A stretch of DNA of 62,750 nucleotides, counting the filler, from Candidatus Fermentibacterota bacterium (GTDB lineage: Bacteria; JAFGKV01), in assembly GCA_016928395.1 (NCBI GenBank). It is 6 parts of 6 records of this genome, joined end to end, with 100 filler letters (N's around TTAATTAATTAA, not from the genome) between each part and the next. Parts side by side here need not be neighbours in the genome. Positions count along the whole stretch, not along the records: positions 1 to 20,076 come from JAFGKV010000091.1; 5 more parts are not named here. One strand, written 5' to 3'. A program made the position numbers and the translations under genes. Position 1 is the stretch's first letter; each line of letters begins with the position of its first letter. Positions 1 to 9,935 of this stretch are shown piece after piece. The notes below the pieces were generated by a model. That model was not told the DNA's origin and made no database searches. It worked only from the letters and a program-made list of their open reading frames with translations.

Positions 1-600
1 AATCGCAATCGCTATCGCTATCGGAGCCGCAGCTCCGAGTACGAGTATGAGTACGAGGTCAGGATGTACTCTCAAACAAGTCCGGCCTCTGAGGGCGGGG
101 GCGCACTCGGATTGTTCGGGGTTGAGAGCATGCGGCGCAACGGGCGGGCAGTTGCTCCCGCACCGCGGGATGCGGGACAGAGTCCCGCCCCTACAGAGCT
201 GTGTGAGGAACCGTTGCCTCGGAGGGGCGATCGTCCCGGGTCGCCCGCCGGCGGCTCGGGGGCCGTATAGATGTCGTTGTCGTAATCGTAGTCGTAATCG
301 GCGAGCCGGAGATCTAAGATCGAGTACGAGCTTTGCATGCTCTCTGGAACAAGTCCGGCCTGGGAAGGTGCGGGGCGCACTCAGATTCTTCGGGGTGAAG
401 AGTTCGGCGAGTTGTAGCCCCGGCGCTCTGCGCCGGGCGACACGTCGCGGAGCGACGGGGCTACAGCCACTCGGGCGTGCAGTTGCTCCCGCACCGCCCG
501 ATGCGGGACAGAGTCGTGCCCCGACGGTCATGATGGGCACCGGCCCTCGTAGGGGCAAAGTTCCGACTCCGCCCGCCAGGGGCACGGGGTCGCGTTCTCC
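1..600 (+). repeat. Modular intergenic mosaic element, two tandem ~270-bp units
   Basis: Repeated order of ATCGCT/GTCGTA hexamers, GAGTAC repeats, ...ctctcaaacaagtccggcc, gcgcactc...ttcggggttgagag and gcagttgctcccgcaccg..gatgcgggacagagtc; GTAG-type hairpins. The same modules recur throughout the window. Confidence 0.85.
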
Positions 601-672
601 ATCAGGGCCGAGATGTGATCGGCGGAGTGCGATCGCCGTAAACTGCGAACCGTCAATCGGTAACGGCTCGTC

Positions 673-3600
673 ATGATCCGGTTCTTCGTCGACCACCCGG
701 TTACCACGTGGATGCTGTTTGCCGCGCTGGTTATCATGGGTGTCTATGCCCTGCCTCGCCTTGACATCGAGGCCATGCCATCCGTCGAGCTTCCCTCGCT
801 GACCATCTCAACCAGATGGCTGGGCGCATCACCCAGCGCCGTCCAGCGCGGCATCACCGTGCCGGTGGAGGAGGCGGCGCGGCGGGTACATGGCGTGGAG
901 AAGCTGACCGCCCGCTCGTTTCCAGGCCGCAGCGAGGTGAAGGTGGAGTTCGGACGGGATGTAGATGTCGAGTTTGCGCGCTTGGAGCTGTCCGAGCATC
1001 TCGGCGCGGTTCGCCGCCAGCTGCCGGCCACTGCCGGACAGCCAAGTGTCGTACCGTTCGTTCCAGAGGAGTTCAGGACCGATGATTTCTTTACGGTCAG
1101 CCTCATCTCGCCGCTACCGGCTGATCAGCTTCGCGACAAGGCGGAAGGGTGGCTCATGCCGCGACTGCTGGCGGTTCCGGGTGTGGCCGATGTGGAACTG
1201 CAGGGCGGCGCGCGGCCCGTGGTAAGGATCCTGCTGGATCTGAAGATGCTGCAACGGTATGGCCTGAGTCCTGACGGGATCTTCACCAGGATCCGCGCAC
1301 TGGATGAGATTGTTCCCTCCGGTGTGGTCAGGCGGCAGGGCCTTGAGTACACGGTGAGCATCCGTGACTCGGTCACCGTAGATGCCATCCGTCATGCGGT
1401 GTTGACCACCGCCGGCGGGCAGCCAATCAGGCTGTCGCATGTCGCTGCGGTCATCCATGGGTTCGAGGATCCCGCGTACTTCGTACGCATCAACGGCGGC
1501 AATGTCATTCAGGCTATCATCGCCAAGCGCACAGGCCAGAACGCCGTGGGGGTCAGCAGGAGGATCCGCGAGACGCTCCCACGGCTTCAGGAGGTCCTTC
1601 CGTTTCCCGTGAGCTTCGAGATTGACAGTGACCAGGGCCGGGAGCTGGAAGAGAAGCTCAATGAGCTGGGATATCGGTCGCTGATCATTCTCTGCCTCTT
1701 GTTTCTCCTACTGGGAGCTGCATTGCGCGATGCCCGCCTACCGGCGGTGGTGGTGCTCTCGGTCGTGGTCGCGATCTTCATCTGCTTGGCCTTGTTTTTT
1801 TTCCTCGGCGTCTCAGTCAATTTCATTACCATAAGCGGGCTCACCGTCTGCTTCGGCATGCTTCTGGACAACAGCATTCTCGTGCTGGATGCGGTGCACC
1901 GGCGTCTTTCCCACCGGCAGGGGCCCGGTGTCCACGACGCAGTGGTGCAGGGGACCAGGGAAGTCGCGTTTCCCATCGGGGCTACCACCGCCACCACGGT
2001 GGTGGCCTTTCTTTCCTTTTCTTTCCTGTCGGGTCGGTTGGCGCTCTATTATGTGCCCTTGGCGGTTAGCGTCGGCATCGCCATGGTCTCGTCCATCTTC
2101 GTCGCACTCTGTTGGATGCCGGTGGCCTTACGGCTCCCGGCGGGGCGCAGCAGGGCACGACCGCCGACGGAACACAGACCGGCAGGGGGAGCGAAGCTGC
2201 TGCTTCGGTGGATTCTGGGCCTGTGCCTTCTGCTCATGGTAGGTTCCGGCGTTGCCCTGGCGTGGAAAGGCTCGGCGTTTGTGGCGCATTCCTGGGAGTG
2301 GGGAGCAGGGATAGCGGGAGTCCTCGTTCTCGTGGGAGTTTTCGTAAGCTTCGCCGAAGCGCTGACACGATGGCATCTGAAGGTGTGGTGGCTTCCCGCT
2401 CTGGTCTTCGTGGGGATGGCGGTGGGGGCGTTTCATGTATTCGACAAGAAGGTCGACAAGGGTGGATTCTGGCAGAGTGTGCCTGAAGAGCGGCTCCGGC
2501 TCTACCTGGAACGGCCAGTGGGGACCGATGTGACGCTCACCACCCAGACGGTGGCCCAGTTCGAGCGGGAGCTGTTTCCCATCCCCGACGGAGTGCATCT
2601 GAAATCCACCAGCTGGGAGAACCGGGGATACCTGGAAGCCCGCTTCGAGCCTCACCGGCTGTTCTCTGAGTACCCCGAGCTGTACCGCCGGCGTCTGATC
2701 ATGCTGGCTGAGGAGATGGGAGGCGTGTTCATCTGGATCGGCGGATTCGGCGATCCCTATCTGAAGGGCGGCGTAGGCGGAGGCATCAGCAACTCCCTGG
2801 TCAAGGTCACAGGGTACAACAGCAGGACATTGGATGATATCTGCCAGGGCGTCATGACGCGTCTTGCCCGCAATCGCCGGGTGCGCAATGTGCGGTTGAC
2901 CAGCGGTGAGCGTTTTGAGCGTGATGCAGCCGACGAGACGATCATCACCATCAGGCGAGATCGCCTTGCACAGCACCGGCTCAGCGTTGCCGAGGTCATG
3001 GGATTCCTCAGGCGGCTTTTGGGGATCGATACTCCGTGGCAGATGATCGTCGACGGCCAGGACACACGGTTGCAGCTTTCGTACGGTGACGCCGGAGACA
3101 TCCAACAGGATCAAGTTCTCGCCGCTACTCTGGTCTCATCTGTCGGACGACAGGTGCGCCTGGGTGATGTCATCAGCGTGGAGTCACACCCCGTGGCGGG
3201 TTCCATCACCCGGGAAAACCAGCGGTATGCACGCCAGATCAACTGGGAGTACATTGGTACCGACAGGATGCGTCGCCACTTCATCGCTGATGTCATCGCA
3301 GGAATCGTGCTTCCGTACGGCTATCACGCCGAGGACGTTTCCGGCCAGCCCCTGACTCAGGAAGAGCAGGAGGATGTCAATACCATGCTGTGGCTGACGA
3401 TTCTGTTTGTCTTCATGGCACTGGCCGCGATGTTTGAGAGCGCAGCCCTTCCCGTGCTTATCCTCTTGGCGGCGCCCATGGCTTTGATCGGCGTCGTTGC
3501 TGTGTTCTGGGCAGCGGACGCGACATTCGATTCTTCAGCCAGGATCGGGCTTGTGTTGCTGTTTGGCGTCGTGGTCAACAATGCAATCCTCCTGGTGGAA

Positions 3601-4035
3601 CGGTTCCGGCTCCAGGTGCGTGAACAGGTGGCGCAGCGCCGCTATGCCGCCCACGAAGTGCCGCCCGTGCCCCGGATGGGCGGCATCGATCTCTGGCGGC
3701 TGGAAGCGAATGAGCGCAAGGCTCTTCTCGCCGACGCCATCTCACGAGGTACCAGGATCCAGATGCGTTCGATCCTGCTCACCAGCGGTACGACCATTGC
3801 GGGTCTCTTGCCGCTTTTGATTCGGCTGACGGCACAGACCGAGGGAAAGGATATCTGGGAGAATCTGGCGCTCTCCTCCATCGGCGGTTTGGCCAGCAGC
3901 ACGGTATTGATTCTGCTCGCCCTCCCCGCATTCTACTGGGCGGGTGTTCGAGTCGGGTGGGGCTGGAAGAGATTGCGCGACCGTCGCGGCAATGCCCGCG
4001 CGGCGGCGTCTTCACCGGCCGAAGGTTACCAGTAG
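673..4035 (+). CDS. RND efflux permease subunit (AcrB/AcrD/AcrF family)
   Basis: 1120 aa; N-terminal 'RFFVDHPVTTWML', 'GMLLDNSILVLD', 'GVVVNNAILLVE' and 'RSILLTSGTTIAGLLPL' are RND transmembrane motifs. Confidence 0.92.
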   Translation: MIRFFVDHPVTTWMLFAALVIMGVYALPRLDIEAMPSVELPSLTISTRWLGASPSAVQRGITVPVEEAARRVHGVEKLTARSFPGRSEVKVEFGRDVDVEFARLELSEHLGAVRRQLPATAGQPSVVPFVPEEFRTDDFFTVSLISPLPADQLRDKAEGWLMPRLLAVPGVADVELQGGARPVVRILLDLKMLQRYGLSPDGIFTRIRALDEIVPSGVVRRQGLEYTVSIRDSVTVDAIRHAVLTTAGGQPIRLSHVAAVIHGFEDPAYFVRINGGNVIQAIIAKRTGQNAVGVSRRIRETLPRLQEVLPFPVSFEIDSDQGRELEEKLNELGYRSLIILCLLFLLLGAALRDARLPAVVVLSVVVAIFICLALFFFLGVSVNFITISGLTVCFGMLLDNSILVLDAVHRRLSHRQGPGVHDAVVQGTREVAFPIGATTATTVVAFLSFSFLSGRLALYYVPLAVSVGIAMVSSIFVALCWMPVALRLPAGRSRARPPTEHRPAGGAKLLLRWILGLCLLLMVGSGVALAWKGSAFVAHSWEWGAGIAGVLVLVGVFVSFAEALTRWHLKVWWLPALVFVGMAVGAFHVFDKKVDKGGFWQSVPEERLRLYLERPVGTDVTLTTQTVAQFERELFPIPDGVHLKSTSWENRGYLEARFEPHRLFSEYPELYRRRLIMLAEEMGGVFIWIGGFGDPYLKGGVGGGISNSLVKVTGYNSRTLDDICQGVMTRLARNRRVRNVRLTSGERFERDAADETIITIRRDRLAQHRLSVAEVMGFLRRLLGIDTPWQMIVDGQDTRLQLSYGDAGDIQQDQVLAATLVSSVGRQVRLGDVISVESHPVAGSITRENQRYARQINWEYIGTDRMRRHFIADVIAGIVLPYGYHAEDVSGQPLTQEEQEDVNTMLWLTILFVFMALAAMFESAALPVLILLAAPMALIGVVAVFWAADATFDSSARIGLVLLFGVVVNNAILLVERFRLQVREQVAQRRYAAHEVPPVPRMGGIDLWRLEANERKALLADAISRGTRIQMRSILLTSGTTIAGLLPLLIRLTAQTEGKDIWENLALSSIGGLASSTVLILLALPAFYWAGVRVGWGWKRLRDRRGNARAAASSPAEGYQ

Positions 4036-4956
4036 TGCCCCGGCAAATCCCAGCGCGATTCCCGCCATCCTGCGGGAGGTTATGGGTTCATGGAGGAACA
4101 CGGCCGAGAGTAGGAAGATGAAGATCGTGCTGGTTTCATTCAATGCAGAGGCGACTGATGCCAGGGTGAACTTCATCCCGGCCAGCCACAGGATCATGGA
4201 GACATAGCCACCCACAAAGGAAGCGGCCACGGTGTACCTGATATTGCCTCCACGGTAGAGCGATGTGGCCACCACGGCCCGGTCACGGCGTGCGAGAATC
4301 CCCGCGGCCAGCACGACGGCGCCGCCCACAAGACGCATCTGCGTCACCCACAGGATGGGCGAGTGGGCCAGAAGAGGCTTAATCATGACGATCCCTAATG
4401 CATTGCAGGCCATGGAGATGATGCCGAGTATCACGCCTTGCAGAATGTGCCCGCCGTCCTTTGCTCTTCTGTCGCCTCTCCAGGTCCCGATGACCACGGC
4501 CAGGGCGATGGCGATTGCGCCAACGAGCTGGAGGGCAGCCAGCGACTCCCCCAGAAATGGGATCGAAAGGGCGATTATGAAGGGGCTGTACAGGCAGCTT
4601 ACTATGGCGGCACGGCCTGCCCCTAGCCGGTTCAGGCATGCGAAGAACAAAGTGTCTGCGATCCCGATCCCCAAGGCGCCGCTGGCGATGAGCATGATTT
4701 GGTGGAGGCCGGGCGCGGCATGGCCCAGGGGCTGGCCGACCAGAAGCATGGTCAGCGGGAACAGCACCATGCCCATCGTGTTCTTGAACAGGCCCAAAGC
4801 CAGGGGGTGTACTCGCTCGCCGCTCTTCTTGAACAGAATCACCGCCCATGCCCAGGCAAAGGCGGTGAGCAGGGAGAGGAGCTCTCCATGGAAAGGTATC
4901 CGTTCGATCATCGAAGCTCGATTCATGAGAGGTGAGGTGTCATGGATTTTACTCAT
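4012..4956 (-). CDS. DMT/EamA family transporter
   Basis: Two EamA repeats of about 10 TMs; 'LYSPFIIALSIPFLGESL' and 'FIFLLSAVFLHEPIT' motifs. Start may be a little downstream. Confidence 0.88.
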   Translation of the reverse strand: MSKIHDTSPLMNRASMIERIPFHGELLSLLTAFAWAWAVILFKKSGERVHPLALGLFKNTMGMVLFPLTMLLVGQPLGHAAPGLHQIMLIASGALGIGIADTLFFACLNRLGAGRAAIVSCLYSPFIIALSIPFLGESLAALQLVGAIAIALAVVIGTWRGDRRAKDGGHILQGVILGIISMACNALGIVMIKPLLAHSPILWVTQMRLVGGAVVLAAGILARRDRAVVATSLYRGGNIRYTVAASFVGGYVSMILWLAGMKFTLASVASALNETSTIFIFLLSAVFLHEPITSRRMAGIALGFAGALLVTFGR

Positions 4957-5076
4957 TCGGGCAAAGTACAGACGGCCAGCCGCCCGGCAAGATCATCCTG
5001 GGGTTGACCGGAGATAGCCGAAAGGCTACCCTTGCACGGTCATTTCTTGCAGGGAGTTACCCACACCTGAGGTGCA

Positions 5077-5733
5077 GTGATGAGTAGGGCAGGATGGACA
5101 GTGTCTCTGCTGTGCATGGCGTGTGCATTGGCCGGCGCTGCGGGTGAGAGCTCGGATGATGATCTGAGAACTCTGGCATCGTGGATGTGTGGTTCGTTCA
5201 GCAGCGCGCAGCAGGCACAAGACGATTCAGGTTTCATGGATATCAGGCTTCGCATGGTTCGCGTCTGGCCAGAGAGGCATGATGGCTACTGGCTTTACGT
5301 CGAGCAGGCCACGGCGTGGAGTCAGGACGAACCGTACCGTCAGAGAGTCTATCATTTGACCCACGTCGGGGCCGATCTCTTCCAGAGTCAGGTCTTTGAG
5401 CTGGCTGATCCGCATCGATTTATCGGAATCTGGCGTACGCGGGATCCACTGACTGGGCTCAGCCCCGATTCCCTGGAGGCTCGGCCCGGCTGTGCAATCC
5501 TCCTCCGTAAGCACAACGATGTGTTTACCGGGAGTACTCTGGGGCGCCTGTGTAAGAGCAGCCTGCGGGGCGCTGCCTTCGCTACCAGCGAAGTGGAGGT
5601 GAGTGCAACGTCTCTCATGAGCTGGGATCGCGGCTTCTCCTCGACCGGAGAGCAGGTCTGGGGCTCGGAGATGGGGGGCTACGTCTTCCGGCGAAACGGT
5701 GACTTCCCTCTGGAACACGCGGGGTGCCCATGA
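5077..5733 (+). CDS. CpcT/CpeT family (bilin chromophore lyase-like) protein with N-terminal signal peptide
   Basis: 'WMCGSFSSAQQA', 'WLYVEQA...PYRQRVY' and 'SWDRGF...QVWGSEMGGYVF' motifs. Confidence 0.85.
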   Translation: MMSRAGWTVSLLCMACALAGAAGESSDDDLRTLASWMCGSFSSAQQAQDDSGFMDIRLRMVRVWPERHDGYWLYVEQATAWSQDEPYRQRVYHLTHVGADLFQSQVFELADPHRFIGIWRTRDPLTGLSPDSLEARPGCAILLRKHNDVFTGSTLGRLCKSSLRGAAFATSEVEVSATSLMSWDRGFSSTGEQVWGSEMGGYVFRRNGDFPLEHAGCP

Positions 5734-6350
5734 TGGAACCGCATCACGGTGCGGAGTCCGTGCGATGCCCGTGGCCCGGGGCCGACGAGCTGGCTGTGGC
5801 CTATCATGACACTGAGTGGGGAGTGCCCCTGTACGACGATGGGAAGCTTTTCGAGTTTCTGATTCTGGAAGGAGCTCAGGCCGGCCTGAGCTGGATTACG
5901 ATACTGCGCAAGAGGGAGCGCTACCGCGAGGCTTTCGCCGGCTTTGATCCAAGACTGGTGGCGCGCTTCAGCCCAACGGATGTGGAGCGGCTCATGGCGG
6001 ATTCCGGCATCGTGCGCAACCGGCGCAAGATCGAGGCCGCTATCAGCAATGCCCGGTCATTCCTGGCAGTGCAGGAGGAGTTCGGCTCTTTCTCCCGGTT
6101 CATGTGGGGGTTCATCGGCGGCGTCCCCATCCTGAACAGGTGGGCAACCCTCACCGAAATCCCGGCGGTCACGCCCGAGTCCCGGCGGATCAGTGCTGAA
6201 TTGGTGCACCACGGTTTCCGGTTCGTGGGACCGACCATCATCTATGCACATATGCAGGCCACCGGCATGGTGAATGATCATCTGGTGAGTTGTTTCCGCC
6301 ACAGCGAGGTGTGTCGGTTCGCACGGCCCGCTGCGGAGGCCCTCCGCTGA
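5730..6350 (+). CDS. tag: DNA-3-methyladenine glycosylase I
   Basis: 'RCPW..YHDTEWGVP', 'LEGAQAGLSWITIL', 'FRFVGPTIIYAHMQATGMVNDHLVSCF'; ATGA overlap with the upstream gene. Confidence 0.95.
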   Translation: MMEPHHGAESVRCPWPGADELAVAYHDTEWGVPLYDDGKLFEFLILEGAQAGLSWITILRKRERYREAFAGFDPRLVARFSPTDVERLMADSGIVRNRRKIEAAISNARSFLAVQEEFGSFSRFMWGFIGGVPILNRWATLTEIPAVTPESRRISAELVHHGFRFVGPTIIYAHMQATGMVNDHLVSCFRHSEVCRFARPAAEALR

Positions 6351-6470
6351 CGCCGAGGCAGATGGGAGGGCCAACCGCGCCTATTCTGCTGTGCCCCTCG
6401 GGCGGCACCGGGGTGTCGTGGCGAGGGCTCTTTCCATCACTCCCGTTTCTCTTCGCCTGACAACCTGCCC

Positions 6471-7916
6471 ATGAACGTGCTCTTAGTCGTGGGCGAATCT
6501 GTGATGCATGAACGCATGGGCGTTATGTCGCTGGGGGCTTCCTTGTCGCAGGCCGGCTTCGGGGTCCACCTGGCTGTGGCCTCGCGATACCGCGTGGCCG
6601 GCATGCGGGCGCTCATGGACCGGCTGCAACCGGAAGTTGTGGGGTACAGCTCCATGACCGGTGAGCACTGCAGGCTTTTGGCGCTGAATGCGAGGCTCAA
6701 GGAAGACTATCGGTTCATCTCCGTGTTCGGTGGACCTCATGCGACGTTTTTCCCCCGTCTGGTGGACGAGCCGGGCCTTGATGCCATCTGCCGCGGAGAG
6801 GGCGATGTAGCGTTCGTGGAGTTCTGCCGGAGGGTTGCCTGCGGTGAGGACTGGGAAGCCACACCCAACTTCGTGGCACGGCGCCATGGGCGAACCATCG
6901 AGAATCCGCTTCTGCCATTGATCGATGATCTCGATTCGCTGCCCTTCCCGGATCGAGAACTTATGTACGAGGCGGATCCGTCATTGCGGGCCGAGAGTCA
7001 CAAGGTCTTCTTCGCCACGCGGGGATGCCCGTATGACTGCTCATATTGCTTTAACCACCGATATGGCGAGCTGTACCGTGGGATGGGGCCCATGGTACGC
7101 CATCGGTCCCCGGAGAAGGTGGTCGACGAGATCGACGAGGTGCGATCGCGTTACCCCCTGGGTGTCGTGTGGATCGACGACGACACCTTTCTGCTGAAAC
7201 CCCATGGGTGGATGGAGCGTTTTGCCCGCGCCTACCGCCAGCGGATCGGCTTGCCCCTGAGCTGCAATGTGCGGGCCGACCTGGTTACGGAATCCGTCAT
7301 CAGGCTTCTGCGGGATGCCGGCTTGAACTCGGTGTGGATGGGGGTGGAATGCGGCAATGAGGAGGTCTCTCGGCGTATCCTGAGGCGCAACCTCTCCACG
7401 GATCAGATTCGTGCCGCCGCAGGAGTGCTGCGGGATGCGGGTGTGATGGTGGTGACCCAGAACCTGTTGGGTCTGCCGGTAGATAAGCCTTATGAGATCG
7501 ACAAGGAAACTCTGGATCTCAATCTGCGGATCAGACCGACGTATGCGTGGTCGTCTATCCTGTATCCCTACCCGGGGACCGCCATCGAGGCCTATGCCCG
7601 GGAGCACGGGTTTCTGACCGGAGAGCCTCACTACCTGGAGACGAACAAGCGCACATCCATGCTAAAGTTTCCAAGCCCCCGGGTCAGACGCCGCATCGAG
7701 AATCTTCACAAGCTATTTGGCCTGATGGCACGCTTCCCCGCTTTGCGTCGGCTCTGCGACAGGCTGTGCGACGCACCTCTGGATGGTATGTACACGCCTC
7801 TCTACTACCTCTGGTACGGCTACATCGTCAAGGCTCGGCTGTATCCCTTCCGCTCGCCGTTTCGGGAACTCGGGAACTACATAGGGCTCTGGTGGCGGTT
7901 CGTTCGAAAGCGGTGA
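6471..7916 (+). CDS. B12-binding radical SAM protein (class B methyltransferase-like)
   Basis: N-terminal cobalamin-binding domain ('FGGPHATF', 'CRGEGD') plus CxxxCxxC 'RGCPYDCSYC'. Confidence 0.9.
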   Translation: MNVLLVVGESVMHERMGVMSLGASLSQAGFGVHLAVASRYRVAGMRALMDRLQPEVVGYSSMTGEHCRLLALNARLKEDYRFISVFGGPHATFFPRLVDEPGLDAICRGEGDVAFVEFCRRVACGEDWEATPNFVARRHGRTIENPLLPLIDDLDSLPFPDRELMYEADPSLRAESHKVFFATRGCPYDCSYCFNHRYGELYRGMGPMVRHRSPEKVVDEIDEVRSRYPLGVVWIDDDTFLLKPHGWMERFARAYRQRIGLPLSCNVRADLVTESVIRLLRDAGLNSVWMGVECGNEEVSRRILRRNLSTDQIRAAAGVLRDAGVMVVTQNLLGLPVDKPYEIDKETLDLNLRIRPTYAWSSILYPYPGTAIEAYAREHGFLTGEPHYLETNKRTSMLKFPSPRVRRRIENLHKLFGLMARFPALRRLCDRLCDAPLDGMYTPLYYLWYGYIVKARLYPFRSPFRELGNYIGLWWRFVRKR

Positions 7917-8096
7917 CCACTGTCGGCAGTGCCGCACAGCGTCTCCTACGAGGCAATCGTGTGGCGCACAGACGACATAGGTCCGGCTTCAGCCGCGACG
8001 GGTGAGGGTCGAAATCCCTCCCCGGCCTCCTCTTGCGAACTGGAGGGGGCGCTTCGGCGGGAGGCTCTCAGTTATTGGCTATGCGCCTTGGGCGGA

Positions 8097-9935
8097 TCAC
8101 CGCCCGGTGCCTCTTCGAGTGTACCGACGCAGGTAGGCCAGCTCACTGGCATCCAGCCATCCATCGTCTCGAATCAGGAGCCTGCCCAACTCAAGCTCCC
8201 GGAATGATGATCGCCACCGGTCATCGGGGCAGCCTTCCTCGCTGTCCCATACCTCTGTCAGCCAGCAGCGTACTCGTTGTGGATTCATGAGTTCGGGGGT
8301 GTCGGCACACCATTGGTCAAAGGCATGGCGACGCATCACTATAGGCGCAGGAGCGGGCGACGGCACCACTTGCCGGCACCGATCATGAGTCACAGGGGAT
8401 GGCTCCGCATGGACACACCACGGTTCAGGACCCTGCACATGGATCCCGGCTCCCTTGCGCGGAGGTATGACCCGCCAGTACCACACATTCCATTCCCACA
8501 TGCGGGTCCGTGAGATGATCACATCGTCGATCTGCGGGCAGTGAAGGTTGAGACCGTACCCCAGCCGAAGGTAAGGCCCCGAGCTGGAGACTCGATCCTC
8601 GGGCGTTCCGTCGCGGGAAAGAACCGACCATTCGGGCATTACCTCCCATGGTGTTCGCGCCCGACTGGCGAAGGAAACCCATTCATTCTCCCGCAGTGCA
8701 TTCACCAAAGCAAGGGATTCGAACCGTTTGTCGGCTATGGTCGCCGCAGAGCGGAGGGGAGGCCATCGATAGGCCAGATCAGGAGCGAGACAGACCAGGA
8801 GATGCCACGCCACCAATGCGATTAGCGCGATGCCATGGCTGCGCCGCAGCGGACAAGGGAAGGCCGGGGCCACTGCCAGCACACATCCCAGCAGCGGTTC
8901 CATGGCGTAGCGGCTGGTGAACGTGCCGTAGAGACAGAGAGATAGGGTCGCGACTGCTGCCCATACGACACCCGGGAGCGACTTGGCGCCGCGGCATGAT
9001 GCCAGCAGCACGATGGGGATGACGATCGCCGCACCGGGCGCGACCAGAGCCGCGGCCACAAAGGCCAGCGGCATGATGCGCCGGCGCGAGACGAACACGG
9101 CGGTTGCGCCTGTGAGTAGCAGGCCCGTGTTGCGCACAAGGGAGGCGGCATGTCCCATGATCACCGTTACGGAAGAGCGAACCACCAACCAGGGATCCGT
9201 CAGCAGGGAGCCCAGAACCGATCGGTCTTCCCCGGGTAGCAGGAGCCACGCCGACGCCGCCAAGAAAGGCATGGCGCAGGCCAGGCGTCTGCGGCCGCTG
9301 ATCCATAGGTCCACGGCGACGGCCGTGGGCACGAGCAGAAACATGACCTCCCGCGACAGCAAGGAGAGGACCAAGGCAGCGACGCCTGCCACGGTGGCGG
9401 CGTTCCCGCGACGGGAACGCAGGATCCAGATACCCAGCAGGAGCAGCGAATAGCTCACCAGGTAGGTGGAGCACGACATCCAGGCCAGCAGCCCCTGCAC
9501 CGCCGGCGCGGCGGCGACGGTCGCTGCTGCAGCGGCGGCGATTCGCGGGGAACAGTGAATCCGCAGCACCAGATAGAGCAGCACCATGGTCAGCACATAC
9601 AGCACCCTCCACGCCCACACAAGCCCCAGGTTGCCTCCCGCCAGGTAGGCCGCGCTCCATACCCAGAGGAGAAGCGGACGTTTCCTGGAGATGTGGGGGG
9701 GCAGCTGGCCCGAGACGGAACAGGCACGGAAGAACTCGCGAACCGCGATGGCGGGCCCCTCGGCCAGACCGTCTCGGGTGGCGCGGGCCGCGGACGTGGC
9801 GATGCCATAGTAGGAGTGATCGTCTGACACCACGGAGAAGGGCCGGGCCTGACGAAGCACCACCGTTGCCGCCACCGTCAGCGGTAGCAAAGCAAGCAGG
9901 ACGGATTCGAGCCGGGGTCTCAGGAAATCGCCCAC
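8097..9935 (-). CDS. Multi-pass membrane protein, possibly a GT-C-fold glycosyltransferase
   Basis: 612-aa ORF with many hydrophobic helices, an early 'DDHSYY' acidic motif and a soluble Cys/Trp-rich C-terminus; overlaps the apbE end. Function is inferred. Confidence 0.55.
   Translation of the reverse strand: MGDFLRPRLESVLLALLPLTVAATVVLRQARPFSVVSDDHSYYGIATSAARATRDGLAEGPAIAVREFFRACSVSGQLPPHISRKRPLLLWVWSAAYLAGGNLGLVWAWRVLYVLTMVLLYLVLRIHCSPRIAAAAAATVAAAPAVQGLLAWMSCSTYLVSYSLLLLGIWILRSRRGNAATVAGVAALVLSLLSREVMFLLVPTAVAVDLWISGRRRLACAMPFLAASAWLLLPGEDRSVLGSLLTDPWLVVRSSVTVIMGHAASLVRNTGLLLTGATAVFVSRRRIMPLAFVAAALVAPGAAIVIPIVLLASCRGAKSLPGVVWAAVATLSLCLYGTFTSRYAMEPLLGCVLAVAPAFPCPLRRSHGIALIALVAWHLLVCLAPDLAYRWPPLRSAATIADKRFESLALVNALRENEWVSFASRARTPWEVMPEWSVLSRDGTPEDRVSSSGPYLRLGYGLNLHCPQIDDVIISRTRMWEWNVWYWRVIPPRKGAGIHVQGPEPWCVHAEPSPVTHDRCRQVVPSPAPAPIVMRRHAFDQWCADTPELMNPQRVRCWLTEVWDSEEGCPDDRWRSSFRELELGRLLIRDDGWLDASELAYLRRYTRRGTGR

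Noticed and set aside
47..676. ORFs over the mosaic repeats (also 23382-23993, 34382-34825, 42057-42539, 53681-54076, 56616-57068)
   Set aside because: Low-complexity translations of non-coding repeats; similar peptides recur only because the DNA repeats.
2128..3114. Long antisense ORFs (also 15748-16710, 39480-40628, 44576-45757, 51760-52818)
   Set aside because: Shadow frames of well-supported genes in GC-rich DNA.
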